Positions 8,944 to 17,724 of a DNA stretch of 64,000 bases are shown piece by piece. Position numbers and translations under genes: made by a program. Positions within the stretch are counted from its first letter, which is position 1; each line of letters opens with the position of its first letter. The stretch spans positions 146,982 to 210,981 of the forward strand of contig BTUM01000004.1 of assembly GCA_045863235.1 (NCBI GenBank). The letters run 5' to 3'. A model generated the notes under the pieces. That model did no database searches. It worked only from the letters and a program-made list of their open reading frames with translations, and was not told the origin of the DNA. The DNA is from Candidatus Xenobia bacterium. Its GTDB lineage: Bacteria > Vulcanimicrobiota > Xenobia > Xenobiales > QWHO01.

Positions 8944-9738
8944 TCAGCGCCCGGCCGTCTCCTTGCTCTCGTCGGCCTCAGCCTGAGGCTTGCCGGTGGG
9001 GGTCTTGCGGGACTCATACTCCCCGGCGATGCGGCTCACGTAGCCGATGGTTTCCTCATAGGGCGGGATGCCGCCGTGGCTCTCCACCGCTCCCGGCCCG
9101 GCGTTGTAGGCGGCCAGGGCCTTGCGAAGGTCCTGGAAGCGGCTCAGTTGCTCGGCGAAATAGCGAGCCCCGCCGGCCACGTTCTGGTGCGGATCGAAAG
9201 AGTCGGTCACGCCCAGGCCAGCGGCCGTGCCCGGCATCAACTGCATCAACCCCTGGGCTCCCGAGCGAGAGACCGCATTGGGATTGAAGGCCGACTCGTG
9301 CTTGATGATCAGCTCGAGCAGCAGCGGGTCGAGATTATTGTTCTTGGCCTCGCGCAAGATGACCTCGGACAGGTTGCAAAACTGCATCGAGCTGCCCTTC
9401 TGGCCGTAGACCAGGGTGCGCCGGGGCAACTCTTTGTAGCCGCTCTCGGCGAAGCTGTAGACTTTTGGGATGGGGCCACCGAAAATCGAGGAGCGATGGC
9501 TCCGCCGGGCCAGGCTGACGGGCGTGGCCGGCACGTTGACGATGAAGGCGTTGTCGTTGGAGTGGTTGCGCCGGGTGCGCATGACCTTCTTGAGGCGCTG
9601 GGCCTCCGGGTTGGTGTAAACCTTGACGGCCTGGCCGTTCTCATACTCGGTGGTCACATAGACTTCGGCTCCGGCGCTCGAGGAAATCGTCGCCATCGTC
9701 AGCAGGATCAGGGCCGAGGTCCTTAGAAGCTTCTTCAA
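8944..9738 (-). CDS. Secreted lytic transglycosylase (SLT domain)
   Basis: Signal peptide; HES catalytic Glu, GAQGLMQLMP, AYNAG, PPYEET. Confidence 0.92.
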   Translation of the reverse strand: MKKLLRTSALILLTMATISSSAGAEVYVTTEYENGQAVKVYTNPEAQRLKKVMRTRRNHSNDNAFIVNVPATPVSLARRSHRSSIFGGPIPKVYSFAESGYKELPRRTLVYGQKGSSMQFCNLSEVILREAKNNNLDPLLLELIIKHESAFNPNAVSRSGAQGLMQLMPGTAAGLGVTDSFDPHQNVAGGARYFAEQLSRFQDLRKALAAYNAGPGAVESHGGIPPYEETIGYVSRIAGEYESRKTPTGKPQAEADESKETAGR

Positions 9739-9855
9739 GTTCCTGTTCCACCTTATTCAAGTTGTCAGCTCCCGACGGCGTCAACACGCTTCTTCGCACG
9801 CAGGGGTCTGCTTGCATTTGAATCAAGGTTGAAATGATTGTCTTTCCAGGGCCAG

Positions 9856-9890
9856 AAGTCCTCCCTGACCGGGGGGGCAGGACTTTTTTT
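9856..9890 (+). terminator. Intrinsic-terminator-like hairpin followed by a T-tract
   Basis: AAGTCCT-CCC...GGG-AGGACTT, with a 7-T run ending at 9890. Confidence 0.5.
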
Positions 9891-9941
9891 GCCCCCACCC
9901 AAAACCATCCACGCCATGACCGAATCCGCGCCGGGTATAGC

Positions 9942-10796
9942 GTGAAGACCAACTGCCCTCGCTGCGAAGGCAGCGGCCAGTGCATCGAGTGCAAAGGCTC
10001 GGGGAAGGTCACCTGTCCCACCTGCCAGGGCAGCGGAGAGTGCACCACCCCCCGCGGCACCACCTTCAAGTGCAAGAGTTGCCAGGGGAGTGGCTCCATC
10101 GCCTGTCCGGTCACCTGTGACTCGTGCCAGGGCAGCGGCGTCATCACCGACAAACTGCAAAAACAGGTGCGCGAGAAGTACACCGCCCGCTTCGCCAACT
10201 ACAGCCCGCTGAGCCGCATGACCACCTACCTGGTGGTGCTCGATGTGGTCTTCTACTTTCTCACCTACTGGGGGCCGCCCGATTTGCGTGGCCCCATCTT
10301 CAACGCCCTGGCCAACACGCCGGCTCTGTTTGCTGACCACGAGTACTGGCGGCTCGTCACGCCCGTCCTGCTGCACGGTGGGCTGTTGCACCTGGCCATG
10401 AACTGCTACTACCTGGCTCAATATTGCCCGCCCATCGAGGGAGCCTACGGCAGCCACCGCTTCCTCTGGCTCTACGTCTTCTGCGCCGCCACCGGCAACT
10501 TCTTCAGCTGGCTCGGTCACTGGGTCATCCAGGGCCAGCCCTATGCGAGCGTGGGCGCCTCCACGGCTCTCTTCGGGGTGGGCTCGGCCTACCTGGCTCT
10601 CTACTGGCGCTGGCGCCTGTTCGATCAGAGCGTCGTGCGCTGGTGGCTCGGCTATATGGGGATTCTGCTGGCGGCCGGGTTCGCCATGGATTTCGGCGGA
10701 TACAACGTGCTCAACATCGACAACTGGGGTCACCTGGGCGGCGCGCTCGGGGGCCTGGCCTTCGTCTACCTCCTCCCCCGCCCCACCGGACACTGA
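9942..10796 (+). CDS. Rhomboid-family intramembrane serine protease with N-terminal DnaJ-type CxxCxGxG zinc finger
   Basis: Five CxxCxGxG repeats; WRLVT, H.G..HL.MN, GAS (Ser), GHLGG (His). Start at GTG 9942 inferred. Confidence 0.88.
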   Translation: MKTNCPRCEGSGQCIECKGSGKVTCPTCQGSGECTTPRGTTFKCKSCQGSGSIACPVTCDSCQGSGVITDKLQKQVREKYTARFANYSPLSRMTTYLVVLDVVFYFLTYWGPPDLRGPIFNALANTPALFADHEYWRLVTPVLLHGGLLHLAMNCYYLAQYCPPIEGAYGSHRFLWLYVFCAATGNFFSWLGHWVIQGQPYASVGASTALFGVGSAYLALYWRWRLFDQSVVRWWLGYMGILLAAGFAMDFGGYNVLNIDNWGHLGGALGGLAFVYLLPRPTGH

Positions 10797-10838
10797 GGTG
10801 TTGTCGAAGCGCCCCCCGGCGTGCATAATAGGGAGCCA

Positions 10839-11456
10839 ATGCTGTCAGACAAGACCCTGCTGATCATCCTCTACGCGCTCGTAGCCGTGCGCCTGGTGAG
10901 TCACTTCCTCAGGCGCCAGGGGTGGCTCGAAGAGACCATCGACTCGCTGATCCCGGCGGGCGTCACCGCTCTGGCTGTCATCGCGTTCCTGGTCCGGCCC
11001 TACTACATTCCCTCCGGCTCCATGGAGAACACCCTGCTGGTCAGGGACCTCTTGCTGGTGGACAAGCTGATCTACCGCTTCAGCCATCCCAACCGGGGAG
11101 ACATCGTGGTCTTCCGGCGCCCGGACGCTCGCCCTGACGACCCGGCCTTGATCAAGCGGGTGGTGGGAGTCGCCGGGGACGTGCTCGAGGTGCGGGGCGG
11201 CTCGCTCTACCGCAACGGCATGAAGGTGGAGGAGCCCTACATCAAGGAGCCCATCGACCACGACGACGGCCCCTACGTGGTGCAGCCGGGACACCTCTTC
11301 ATGATGGGCGACAATCGCAACAACTCGCAGGACTCGAGGGTCTGGGGCCAGCTCCCCCTGACCCACGTGGTGGGACGGGCCGAGGTCATCGTCTTCCCCT
11401 TCACCCGCCTTCGTCTGCTGCGCTCACAACAGGGTGTGGCTCAGGAGTTGCCATGA
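10839..11456 (+). CDS. lepB: Signal peptidase I (copy 1)
   Basis: IPSGSME (Ser), RGDIVVF, IKRVVG (Lys), [13 protein letters not shown]. Confidence 0.95.
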   Translation: MLSDKTLLIILYALVAVRLVSHFLRRQGWLEETIDSLIPAGVTALAVIAFLVRPYYIPSGSMENTLLVRDLLLVDKLIYRFSHPNRGDIVVFRRPDARPDDPALIKRVVGVAGDVLEVRGGSLYRNGMKVEEPYIKEPIDHDDGPYVVQPGHLFMMGDNRNNSQDSRVWGQLPLTHVVGRAEVIVFPFTRLRLLRSQQGVAQELP

Positions 11457-11476
11457 GAAATGGCCCGTGCTATACT
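11448..11476 (+). promoter_or_regulatory. Sigma70-type promoter for rplS (TTGCCA-17-TATACT, extended -10 TGn)
   Basis: TTGCCA 11448-11453 and TATACT 11471-11476 preceded by TGC. Confidence 0.7.
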
Positions 11477-11513
11477 ACCGCCTGTTCTGAAAGACTGAAA
11501 GGGAATCACCGGG

Positions 11514-11876
11514 ATGAAGCTGATTAACGAACTCGAGAAAACCCAGATGACGCGCACCGATCTGCCCTCGTTCGGCCCTGGCGACACGGTCAAGGCCTGG
11601 CTCAAGGTGATCGAAGGCGGCAAAGAGCGCCTGCAGGCCTTCGAGGGCGTTTGCATCGCACGTAAGAACAGCGGCCTCAAGGAGTGCTTCACGCTGCGCA
11701 AGATCTCCAATGGCGTGGGCGTCGAGCGCACCATCCTGCTGCACAGCCCCCGCCTGGGAAGCCTGGAAGTGACCCGCCGCGGCGACGTGCGCCAGTCGCG
11801 CCTGTTCTATCTGCGCGACAAGGTCGGCAAGAAGGCCAAGATTAAGGAAAAGCGCCTCACCACGACCAAGGCTTAG
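11514..11876 (+). CDS. rplS: 50S ribosomal protein L19
   Basis: [38 protein letters not shown]. Confidence 0.98.
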   Translation: MKLINELEKTQMTRTDLPSFGPGDTVKAWLKVIEGGKERLQAFEGVCIARKNSGLKECFTLRKISNGVGVERTILLHSPRLGSLEVTRRGDVRQSRLFYLRDKVGKKAKIKEKRLTTTKA

Positions 11877-11879
11877 CCG

Positions 11880-12542
11880 TTGTCGGAAACCCAGCTCTTC
11901 CTCGTCCTCTATGTGCTGGTCGGGTTGCGGCTGGTTTTTCATTTGTATCCCAAGCTGCTCGATGAGACCTGGCACCAGTGGCAGAGTGAGCTGATCGACG
12001 GAATGGTGGTGGCGGGCGTGACCGCCCTGCTCTTGATCAACTTCGTGGTGCGCAGCTTCTTCATCCCCTCGGGCAGCATGGAGCCAACCCTGCAGGTGGA
12101 CGACTACATCCTGGTCAACGAGTTCATCTATCGCTTCGTCAAGCCACAGAGGGGCGACATCGTCGTCTTCAAGCCACCCGAGTCGGCCAACAGCAACCCC
12201 GACCACCGCGACTTCATCAAGCGAATCGTCGGTATCGAGGGCGACGTCATCGAAGTGCGCGATGGAGCCCTCTACCGCAACGGGTTTCGCGTGCAAGAGC
12301 CGTACGTGGCCGAGCCCATCTTCGGCGACGAGCCGCCCGTGCTCGTCAAGCCCAACCACCTCTTCATGATGGGCGACAACCGCAACAACTCACAGGACTC
12401 GCGCTACTGGGGGCAACTGCCAGAGGAGAACGTGGTGGGCAAAGCCTTTTTGATCTTCCTGAACTGGCGTGAGAAACGCCTCCCCATGGAGGTGCTGCGC
12501 ACGGACCAGGGCGTTCCCGTCGTGGCCGACCCTCAGAAGTGA
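11880..12542 (+). CDS. lepB: Signal peptidase I (copy 2)
   Basis: [40 protein letters not shown]. Confidence 0.95.
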   Translation: MSETQLFLVLYVLVGLRLVFHLYPKLLDETWHQWQSELIDGMVVAGVTALLLINFVVRSFFIPSGSMEPTLQVDDYILVNEFIYRFVKPQRGDIVVFKPPESANSNPDHRDFIKRIVGIEGDVIEVRDGALYRNGFRVQEPYVAEPIFGDEPPVLVKPNHLFMMGDNRNNSQDSRYWGQLPEENVVGKAFLIFLNWREKRLPMEVLRTDQGVPVVADPQK

Positions 12543-13414
12543 CCGACAGCGCCTACTCCTGGTTTCCCGGCCACATGCGCCGGGCCATGCGGCGCCTGGA
12601 GCAAGACCTGGAGCTGGCCGATGCCGTGCTGTTCGTGCTCGAGGCCCGGCTGCCCGAGTCCTCGCGCCATCCCGAGCTGGAAGAGATGCTCCGAAAGCGT
12701 GGCCGGCTGCTGTTTTACGTGCTGGCCAAGGCGGACCTGGCCGACCCGGCTGCCACCGAGAGCTGGCTCACCTATCTGAGAGAGCAGGGCAATCAAGCGA
12801 TCGCCCTCAACGCCGTCAAGGGCAGCGGGGCCGGCGCTCTGACCCCATCGCTGGAGAAGCTGGCCGCCCGCATCGCCGAGCAACGGGCCAAAAAGAAGCT
12901 CAACCCGCGCGATCCGCGCCTGGTTGTGGTGGGAATTCCCAACGTTGGCAAGTCCTCCTTGCTCAACCGGCTGGTGGGGCGCAAGCAGGCCATCACCGGC
13001 GACCGGCCCGGGGTCACCCGCGGCAAACAGTGGGTGGTGGCGGCCGGACGCTGGCAGGTGATGGACACGCCAGGCATCCTCTATCCCCGCATCGAGGGGA
13101 TGGACCGGCTGGCCTGCCTGGCCGCCACCGGCTGCGTGCGCGAAGAGGCCATCCCCTCCGAGGAGGCAGCCGCCTACCTGCTGGCCCGACTGGTCAAACT
13201 GGGCCAGGCTCAGGCCTACATCACCGGCGAGGAGCTGCCTGGCGAGCCCTTCGAGCTACTGGAGGAGACCGGGCGCCGCAAAGGCTTCCTGCTCAAGGGG
13301 GCGCGGGTGGACACCGAGCGCACCGCCCGCTGGGTGCTGCAGGCTTTTCGCGAGGGTCGGGCCGGGCGCATCACCCTGGAGCTGCCCCCGAACGCGTGCA
13401 CGACAGGGGCTTGA
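12539..13414 (+). CDS. rbgA: Ribosome biogenesis GTPase RbgA/YlqF
   Basis: WFPGHM, circularly permuted G motifs ([22 protein letters not shown]); canonical rplS-lepB-ylqF-rnhB synteny. Confidence 0.95.
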   Translation: MTDSAYSWFPGHMRRAMRRLEQDLELADAVLFVLEARLPESSRHPELEEMLRKRGRLLFYVLAKADLADPAATESWLTYLREQGNQAIALNAVKGSGAGALTPSLEKLAARIAEQRAKKKLNPRDPRLVVVGIPNVGKSSLLNRLVGRKQAITGDRPGVTRGKQWVVAAGRWQVMDTPGILYPRIEGMDRLACLAATGCVREEAIPSEEAAAYLLARLVKLGQAQAYITGEELPGEPFELLEETGRRKGFLLKGARVDTERTARWVLQAFREGRAGRITLELPPNACTTGA

Positions 13415-13438
13415 GAACGTTTCCAGAACCGCTCAGCC

Positions 13439-14191
13439 ATGCCCACCACCTGTTTCGACCTGCTGGCCTGCTTTGAGCCCGCCAAGAGCCTGAGGGACCT
13501 GCGCCGCCAGCTCTCCGGCGACGAGGCCCTCCAGGCGGCTGCTCAGAGCGAGAGGAAACGGCTGGCCCGCATGTGTCGCGAGGAGAAGGCTCTCTGGAAG
13601 GAGGGTTGCCGCATCGTGGTGGGCACCGACGAGGTGGGCCGAGGGCCTATGGCCGGGCCCCTGGTGGCGGCCGCGGTGGCTTTCGCCTGCCCTCCCTTCA
13701 TCCCCGGGCTGGACGACTCCAAGAAGCTCACCCTGGAGCAGCGCGAGGCGATCGTGCCCTGGGTGGAGCTGCAGGCCATCGCCTACCGGGTGGAATGGAT
13801 CCCCCTGCAGGAGCTCAACCAGGGCAACCTGCACGAGCTTTCCCTGCGGGCCATGGCCCAGGCCGTCCGGGGGCTGGGGGTGGAGGCCGACCACATCCTG
13901 GTGGACGGGCGCTTCAAGCTTCCCCTGGACGTCGCCCAGACAGTGCTGGTCAAGGGCGACTCGCGCTCGGCCTCCATCGCGGCCGCCTCGGTTCTGGCCA
14001 AGGTCAGCCGCGACCGCTACATGATCGAGCAGGACCGCCGCTATCCCGGCTACGGCTTTGCTTCCCACAAGGGCTACAACACCCCCGAGCACATGGCCGC
14101 CCTCGAGCTCCTGGGCCCCTGCCCGCTGCACCGCACCCGCTTTGCCCCCATCCAGCGCTTCTTCAGCGGCCAGCTGACCCTCGACCTGTGA
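13439..14191 (+). CDS. rnhB: Ribonuclease HII
   Basis: GTDEVGRGP.AGP, DSKKL, VDG, KGD..S.SIAAAS.LAKV.RD, HKGY.T..H. Confidence 0.96.
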   Translation: MPTTCFDLLACFEPAKSLRDLRRQLSGDEALQAAAQSERKRLARMCREEKALWKEGCRIVVGTDEVGRGPMAGPLVAAAVAFACPPFIPGLDDSKKLTLEQREAIVPWVELQAIAYRVEWIPLQELNQGNLHELSLRAMAQAVRGLGVEADHILVDGRFKLPLDVAQTVLVKGDSRSASIAAASVLAKVSRDRYMIEQDRRYPGYGFASHKGYNTPEHMAALELLGPCPLHRTRFAPIQRFFSGQLTLDL

Positions 14192-15120
14192 TCGAGCTCT
14201 TGCTGCTGGTGGTGCTGGGTGCCCAGCCCTCCTCGTTCAGTTTCTACCAGACCGAAGGTTGGACCGGGGGGGACGGGGCTTACTCGGTCGACCTGGGCCG
14301 GGGGCGGACGCTCTGGCTCTTCGGCGACACCCTGGTGGGCCGGATCGCCGATGGCAAGCGAACCCAGATGGACATGATCCACAACTCGTTTGCCATCACG
14401 CAGGGCAACCAGAGGGAGTTCTTCCTGCACGAGCTCAAGCCGAGTGAGAAAGACAGCTACTACTGGCCCTCCGATGGCGTGCTGTGGAACGACAGGCTGT
14501 GGATCTTCGAGAAGAAGGTCCGCAATCAGCCCGGCGGCCCGCCCGGCCTCGACTTCGAGTGGGTGGGCGAGGATCTGCTCGAGGTCAAAAACCCCCAGGC
14601 CGACCCCCCCGACTGGACGATCGAGCGCCATCCGGCCGGTCCCTTGCACCCGGGTATCGCCTGCCTGGTGCACGAGGGCAAGCTTTACGCCTACGGGCTC
14701 AAGGACGGCAAATCGGTGCTGATCCGCTACGGCCACGACCTCGAGCCGGAGTACTTTTCAGCGGTCGAGGGCTGGTCGAAGGATCCTTCCCAGGCCTCCA
14801 TCCTGTTCGAGCAGGCCGCCTCGGAGATGAGCGTCATGCCCTTCCGGGGTCAGTTCCTGGCCGTCTACACCCGAGGGGGACTGGGGCCGGAGGTGGTGGC
14901 CCGCACCGCTCCTCGCCCGGAGGGCCCCTGGAGCGAGCCGGTGCTGCTCTACAAGGCAGCCGAAACGGGCTTGCTGCTCTATGCCGGCAAGGCCCACCGC
15001 ACACTGTCCGACCCCGACCGTTTGACCATCAGCTACTGCCGCAACATCGGAGCCCTGGAGGCGCACCGCGAGCGGCCCGAGGTGTACTTCCCCCAGTTCC
15101 TGGAGGTAAAGCTGCGCTGA
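14188..15120 (+). CDS. DUF4185/DUF5005-like secreted beta-propeller protein
   Basis: GTGA overlap with rnhB; WTGGDGAYS, LWLFGDT, A..PEGPWS, YAGKAH, Y.PQF. Confidence 0.7.
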   Translation: MIELLLLVVLGAQPSSFSFYQTEGWTGGDGAYSVDLGRGRTLWLFGDTLVGRIADGKRTQMDMIHNSFAITQGNQREFFLHELKPSEKDSYYWPSDGVLWNDRLWIFEKKVRNQPGGPPGLDFEWVGEDLLEVKNPQADPPDWTIERHPAGPLHPGIACLVHEGKLYAYGLKDGKSVLIRYGHDLEPEYFSAVEGWSKDPSQASILFEQAASEMSVMPFRGQFLAVYTRGGLGPEVVARTAPRPEGPWSEPVLLYKAAETGLLLYAGKAHRTLSDPDRLTISYCRNIGALEAHRERPEVYFPQFLEVKLR

Positions 15121-15159
15121 GACAAGAAAGGCAGGGCCACCCTAGATTGCGAGGATGCT

Positions 15160-15606
15160 ATGCCCACCTGTCCCAACTGCCAGGCTGAAGTCATCTCCGA
15201 CGCCCAGTTCTGCGAGGCCTGTGGCTACCGACTGGGCCAGGCTGCCCAGCAGGGCAGCGTGGAAGTGCGCAACGTCGAGCGTCCGGCCGCCTTGCCCGGC
15301 TCGCTGCGCAACGAGATCCCCTTCCTGAGCGGGGCGGTGCGTCAGGCCAAGGCTCGTCTCGAGAGCTGGAAAGAGCAGACCGAGCGCGACAAGCGCGAGG
15401 CCCGGCGCGAGGAAGAAATGCGCAAGCAAGAGGAAGAGCAGGCCGTCAAGAAGGGCGGCAAACGTAGCATCTGGCTCATGCTGGTGGGCGTGATGGTGCT
15501 GGCGGCCTGGGTGTGGCTGATTATCCGTTTCCCCCCCAAAGCCAACCCGCTGCTCAAGTGGCAGTTGCTTCAGGAGATGCGCCGCGAATTCGGGCTTCTC
15601 GATTGA
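15160..15606 (+). CDS. Zinc-ribbon protein with coiled coil and C-terminal TM helix
   Basis: CPNC...A.FCEACG; charged helix; IWLMLVGVMVLAAWVWLII. Confidence 0.75.
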   Translation: MPTCPNCQAEVISDAQFCEACGYRLGQAAQQGSVEVRNVERPAALPGSLRNEIPFLSGAVRQAKARLESWKEQTERDKREARREEEMRKQEEEQAVKKGGKRSIWLMLVGVMVLAAWVWLIIRFPPKANPLLKWQLLQEMRREFGLLD

Positions 15607-15704
15607 CGCCGCGCTAACGGCCACGGCCGGGTGACGTTGGCACGCAGGACTCCCCCCGGATAACGGGAAACGCGGTCCATCATCAATCGGAGGGGGGCTT
15701 TCCT

Positions 15705-17675
15705 TTGCGCAAGTTCTTGGTCCTTTCCATTCTCATGCTCTGCGCGGCTCTCAGCGCTTGCAGCGGCAGTGACGTCGGCGGAACCCTCGCCGGTGGGAAC
15801 CTGAACCCTATTCCTCAGGTCCAGACTGCGGAGATCGTGGTACGGAGCGTCCTGGCTCGCGTCATCCCGGCCTCGGTCACGGGACTGCGCTTCACCGCCA
15901 CCGACGCGGCTGGCAACGTCGTCTTCGGGCCCGAGCTCCGGGCCAAAGCGGCAGTGATCACGCTGGTCGTTCCCATCACGGCCAAGAACCTGACCATCGA
16001 ATATCTCGAGGGCGACACGGTCGTGGGCCTCTTCAACCAGGCGCTCGACCTGACGGCTGGTGGGAGCTTCACCATCAACGACCCGGACTTCGTGGACGTC
16101 AACGTGGTGACGCTCCAGAGCATCACGGTCAATCCCTCCAATCCCTCCCTGGCGCCTGGCTCCCTCCTTCCCTTTACGGCCATCGGGAACTTCTCCAACG
16201 CAACCTCCAACCAGCTCGGCGCCGGCGTGGTCTGGGCCAGCAGCGATCCAGCCGTCGCCACCATCGATGCCAACGGCCAGGCGACCGCTCTGGCGGACGG
16301 CACCACTACCATCACGGCCACCTTCCAGGGGGTCAGCGGCAATACTACCCTGACCGTCACCACCCCGGCGGTGGTCCCGGTGGCGACCAGCCTTGTCATC
16401 ACCCAGCAGCCGGTGAACAGCCAGGCGACCGTGACCATCGCGCAGGTCGTGGTCGAGGTTCGCGACCAGAACAACGCGCTTTTCACCGCCGCGTCGGTGC
16501 CAGTCACGCTGGCCTTCGGAGCCAATCCGGGTGGAGCCACTCTGGGCGGAACCCTGACCTTGAACTCCGTCAACGGAGTGGTCACCTTTAGCGACCTGAC
16601 CGTTTCGGCGGCCGGCACCGGCTACACGCTGGCGGCCAGCTCGCCCAATTTGACCGGCGCCACCAGCAACGCATTCGACGTGCGGCCGGCACCCGGCACG
16701 GCCACCTTGTTCGCCCTTCCCAACGCCGGCTCGCTCCCGGCCGGCATCTGCGCGGGCCCCGACGGCAACATCTGGTTCACCGAGTCCAGCGCGATCGCAG
16801 GCAGGATCGGCCAGATCACCACCGCCGGGGTCATCACCGAGTTCAATACCGGCCTCAGTTTCCCGATCCAGTTGCTGGGGATCTGCTCGAGCCCGGCCGA
16901 GAACCTCGTCTACTTCACCGAGCGAAACGGACCCCCGTCACCACCCTTCATGCCGGCCGGCTCGCTGGGCCGGGTGGGCACCATGACCATGGCCGGGGTG
17001 GGCAACGAGTTTTTCACCGACAACGCTGGTGGCTCTCTGCCCGCCGGTATCGCACTGGGCTCGGACGGCAACATCTGGTGGACCATGTCCTCCAACCAGG
17101 CTCCCACCGACGGCTCCACGATCTTCCGACGACTGACTACCCCACCTTTCACGTCCGCCCCCTTCTCGGCCGGCATCTCTGCCAACCCGACCCTGAGCGA
17201 TATCTGCGCCGGACCGGACGGCAACATGTGGTTCACGGAGAACGCCCTGGCCCAGGTCGGCCGCATGGATACCAGCGGAGTGGTGATCAACGAGTTGCCC
17301 TGCGGCGCCTTTCCGACCACCATCGTCTCGGGTCCCGACGGCCGCCTCTGGCTCATCCGCGACGACCTCGCCATCGGTGGGGTGGACGCGATCGAGGCCA
17401 TGACCACCGCGGGAGCGGTCACCACCTTCCTGCTTCCCGTCGACAGCAATCCTCAGGATATCTGCGTGGGTCCCGACGGAAACCTGTGGGTCACCCTGAC
17501 CAGCTTCGACGGCGTCTCGCCCACGTCAGGCCTGGTGCGGATCACGACGGGGGGCGTGATGACGACCTTCCAGGAGCCGACCATGGTCAACCCGGTGGGG
17601 ATCTGCTCGGGGCCGGACGGCAATCTCTGGGTCACCTGCGCCATCGGGAACGCGATCGCCCGGGTCGTTCCGTAG
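15705..17675 (+). CDS. Lipoprotein with Ig-like (Big_2) domains and a Vgb/streptogramin-lyase-like beta-propeller
   Basis: Lipobox LSAC; 'W.SSDP.VATID.NG.ATA...G.TTITA' Big_2 unit; repeated GPDGN.WFT units; GGAGG RBS. Confidence 0.85.
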   Translation: MRKFLVLSILMLCAALSACSGSDVGGTLAGGNLNPIPQVQTAEIVVRSVLARVIPASVTGLRFTATDAAGNVVFGPELRAKAAVITLVVPITAKNLTIEYLEGDTVVGLFNQALDLTAGGSFTINDPDFVDVNVVTLQSITVNPSNPSLAPGSLLPFTAIGNFSNATSNQLGAGVVWASSDPAVATIDANGQATALADGTTTITATFQGVSGNTTLTVTTPAVVPVATSLVITQQPVNSQATVTIAQVVVEVRDQNNALFTAASVPVTLAFGANPGGATLGGTLTLNSVNGVVTFSDLTVSAAGTGYTLAASSPNLTGATSNAFDVRPAPGTATLFALPNAGSLPAGICAGPDGNIWFTESSAIAGRIGQITTAGVITEFNTGLSFPIQLLGICSSPAENLVYFTERNGPPSPPFMPAGSLGRVGTMTMAGVGNEFFTDNAGGSLPAGIALGSDGNIWWTMSSNQAPTDGSTIFRRLTTPPFTSAPFSAGISANPTLSDICAGPDGNMWFTENALAQVGRMDTSGVVINELPCGAFPTTIVSGPDGRLWLIRDDLAIGGVDAIEAMTTAGAVTTFLLPVDSNPQDICVGPDGNLWVTLTSFDGVSPTSGLVRITTGGVMTTFQEPTMVNPVGICSGPDGNLWVTCAIGNAIARVVP

Positions 17676-17681
17676 TCTTGA

Positions 17682-17722
17682 CGGAAAGGAGGCGGGAGCA
17701 GGGTCTGCTCCCGCCCTTTCCG
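17682..17722. terminator. Hairpin between convergent genes (probably a bidirectional terminator)
   Basis: GGCGGGAGCAG-GGT-CTGCTCCCGCC flanked by CGGAAAG/CTTTCCG. Confidence 0.7.
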
Positions 17723-17724
17723 GG

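Noticed and set aside
15638..15655. Sigma54 promoter (TGGCAC)
   Set aside because: The -12 TTGC element is missing at the required spacing.
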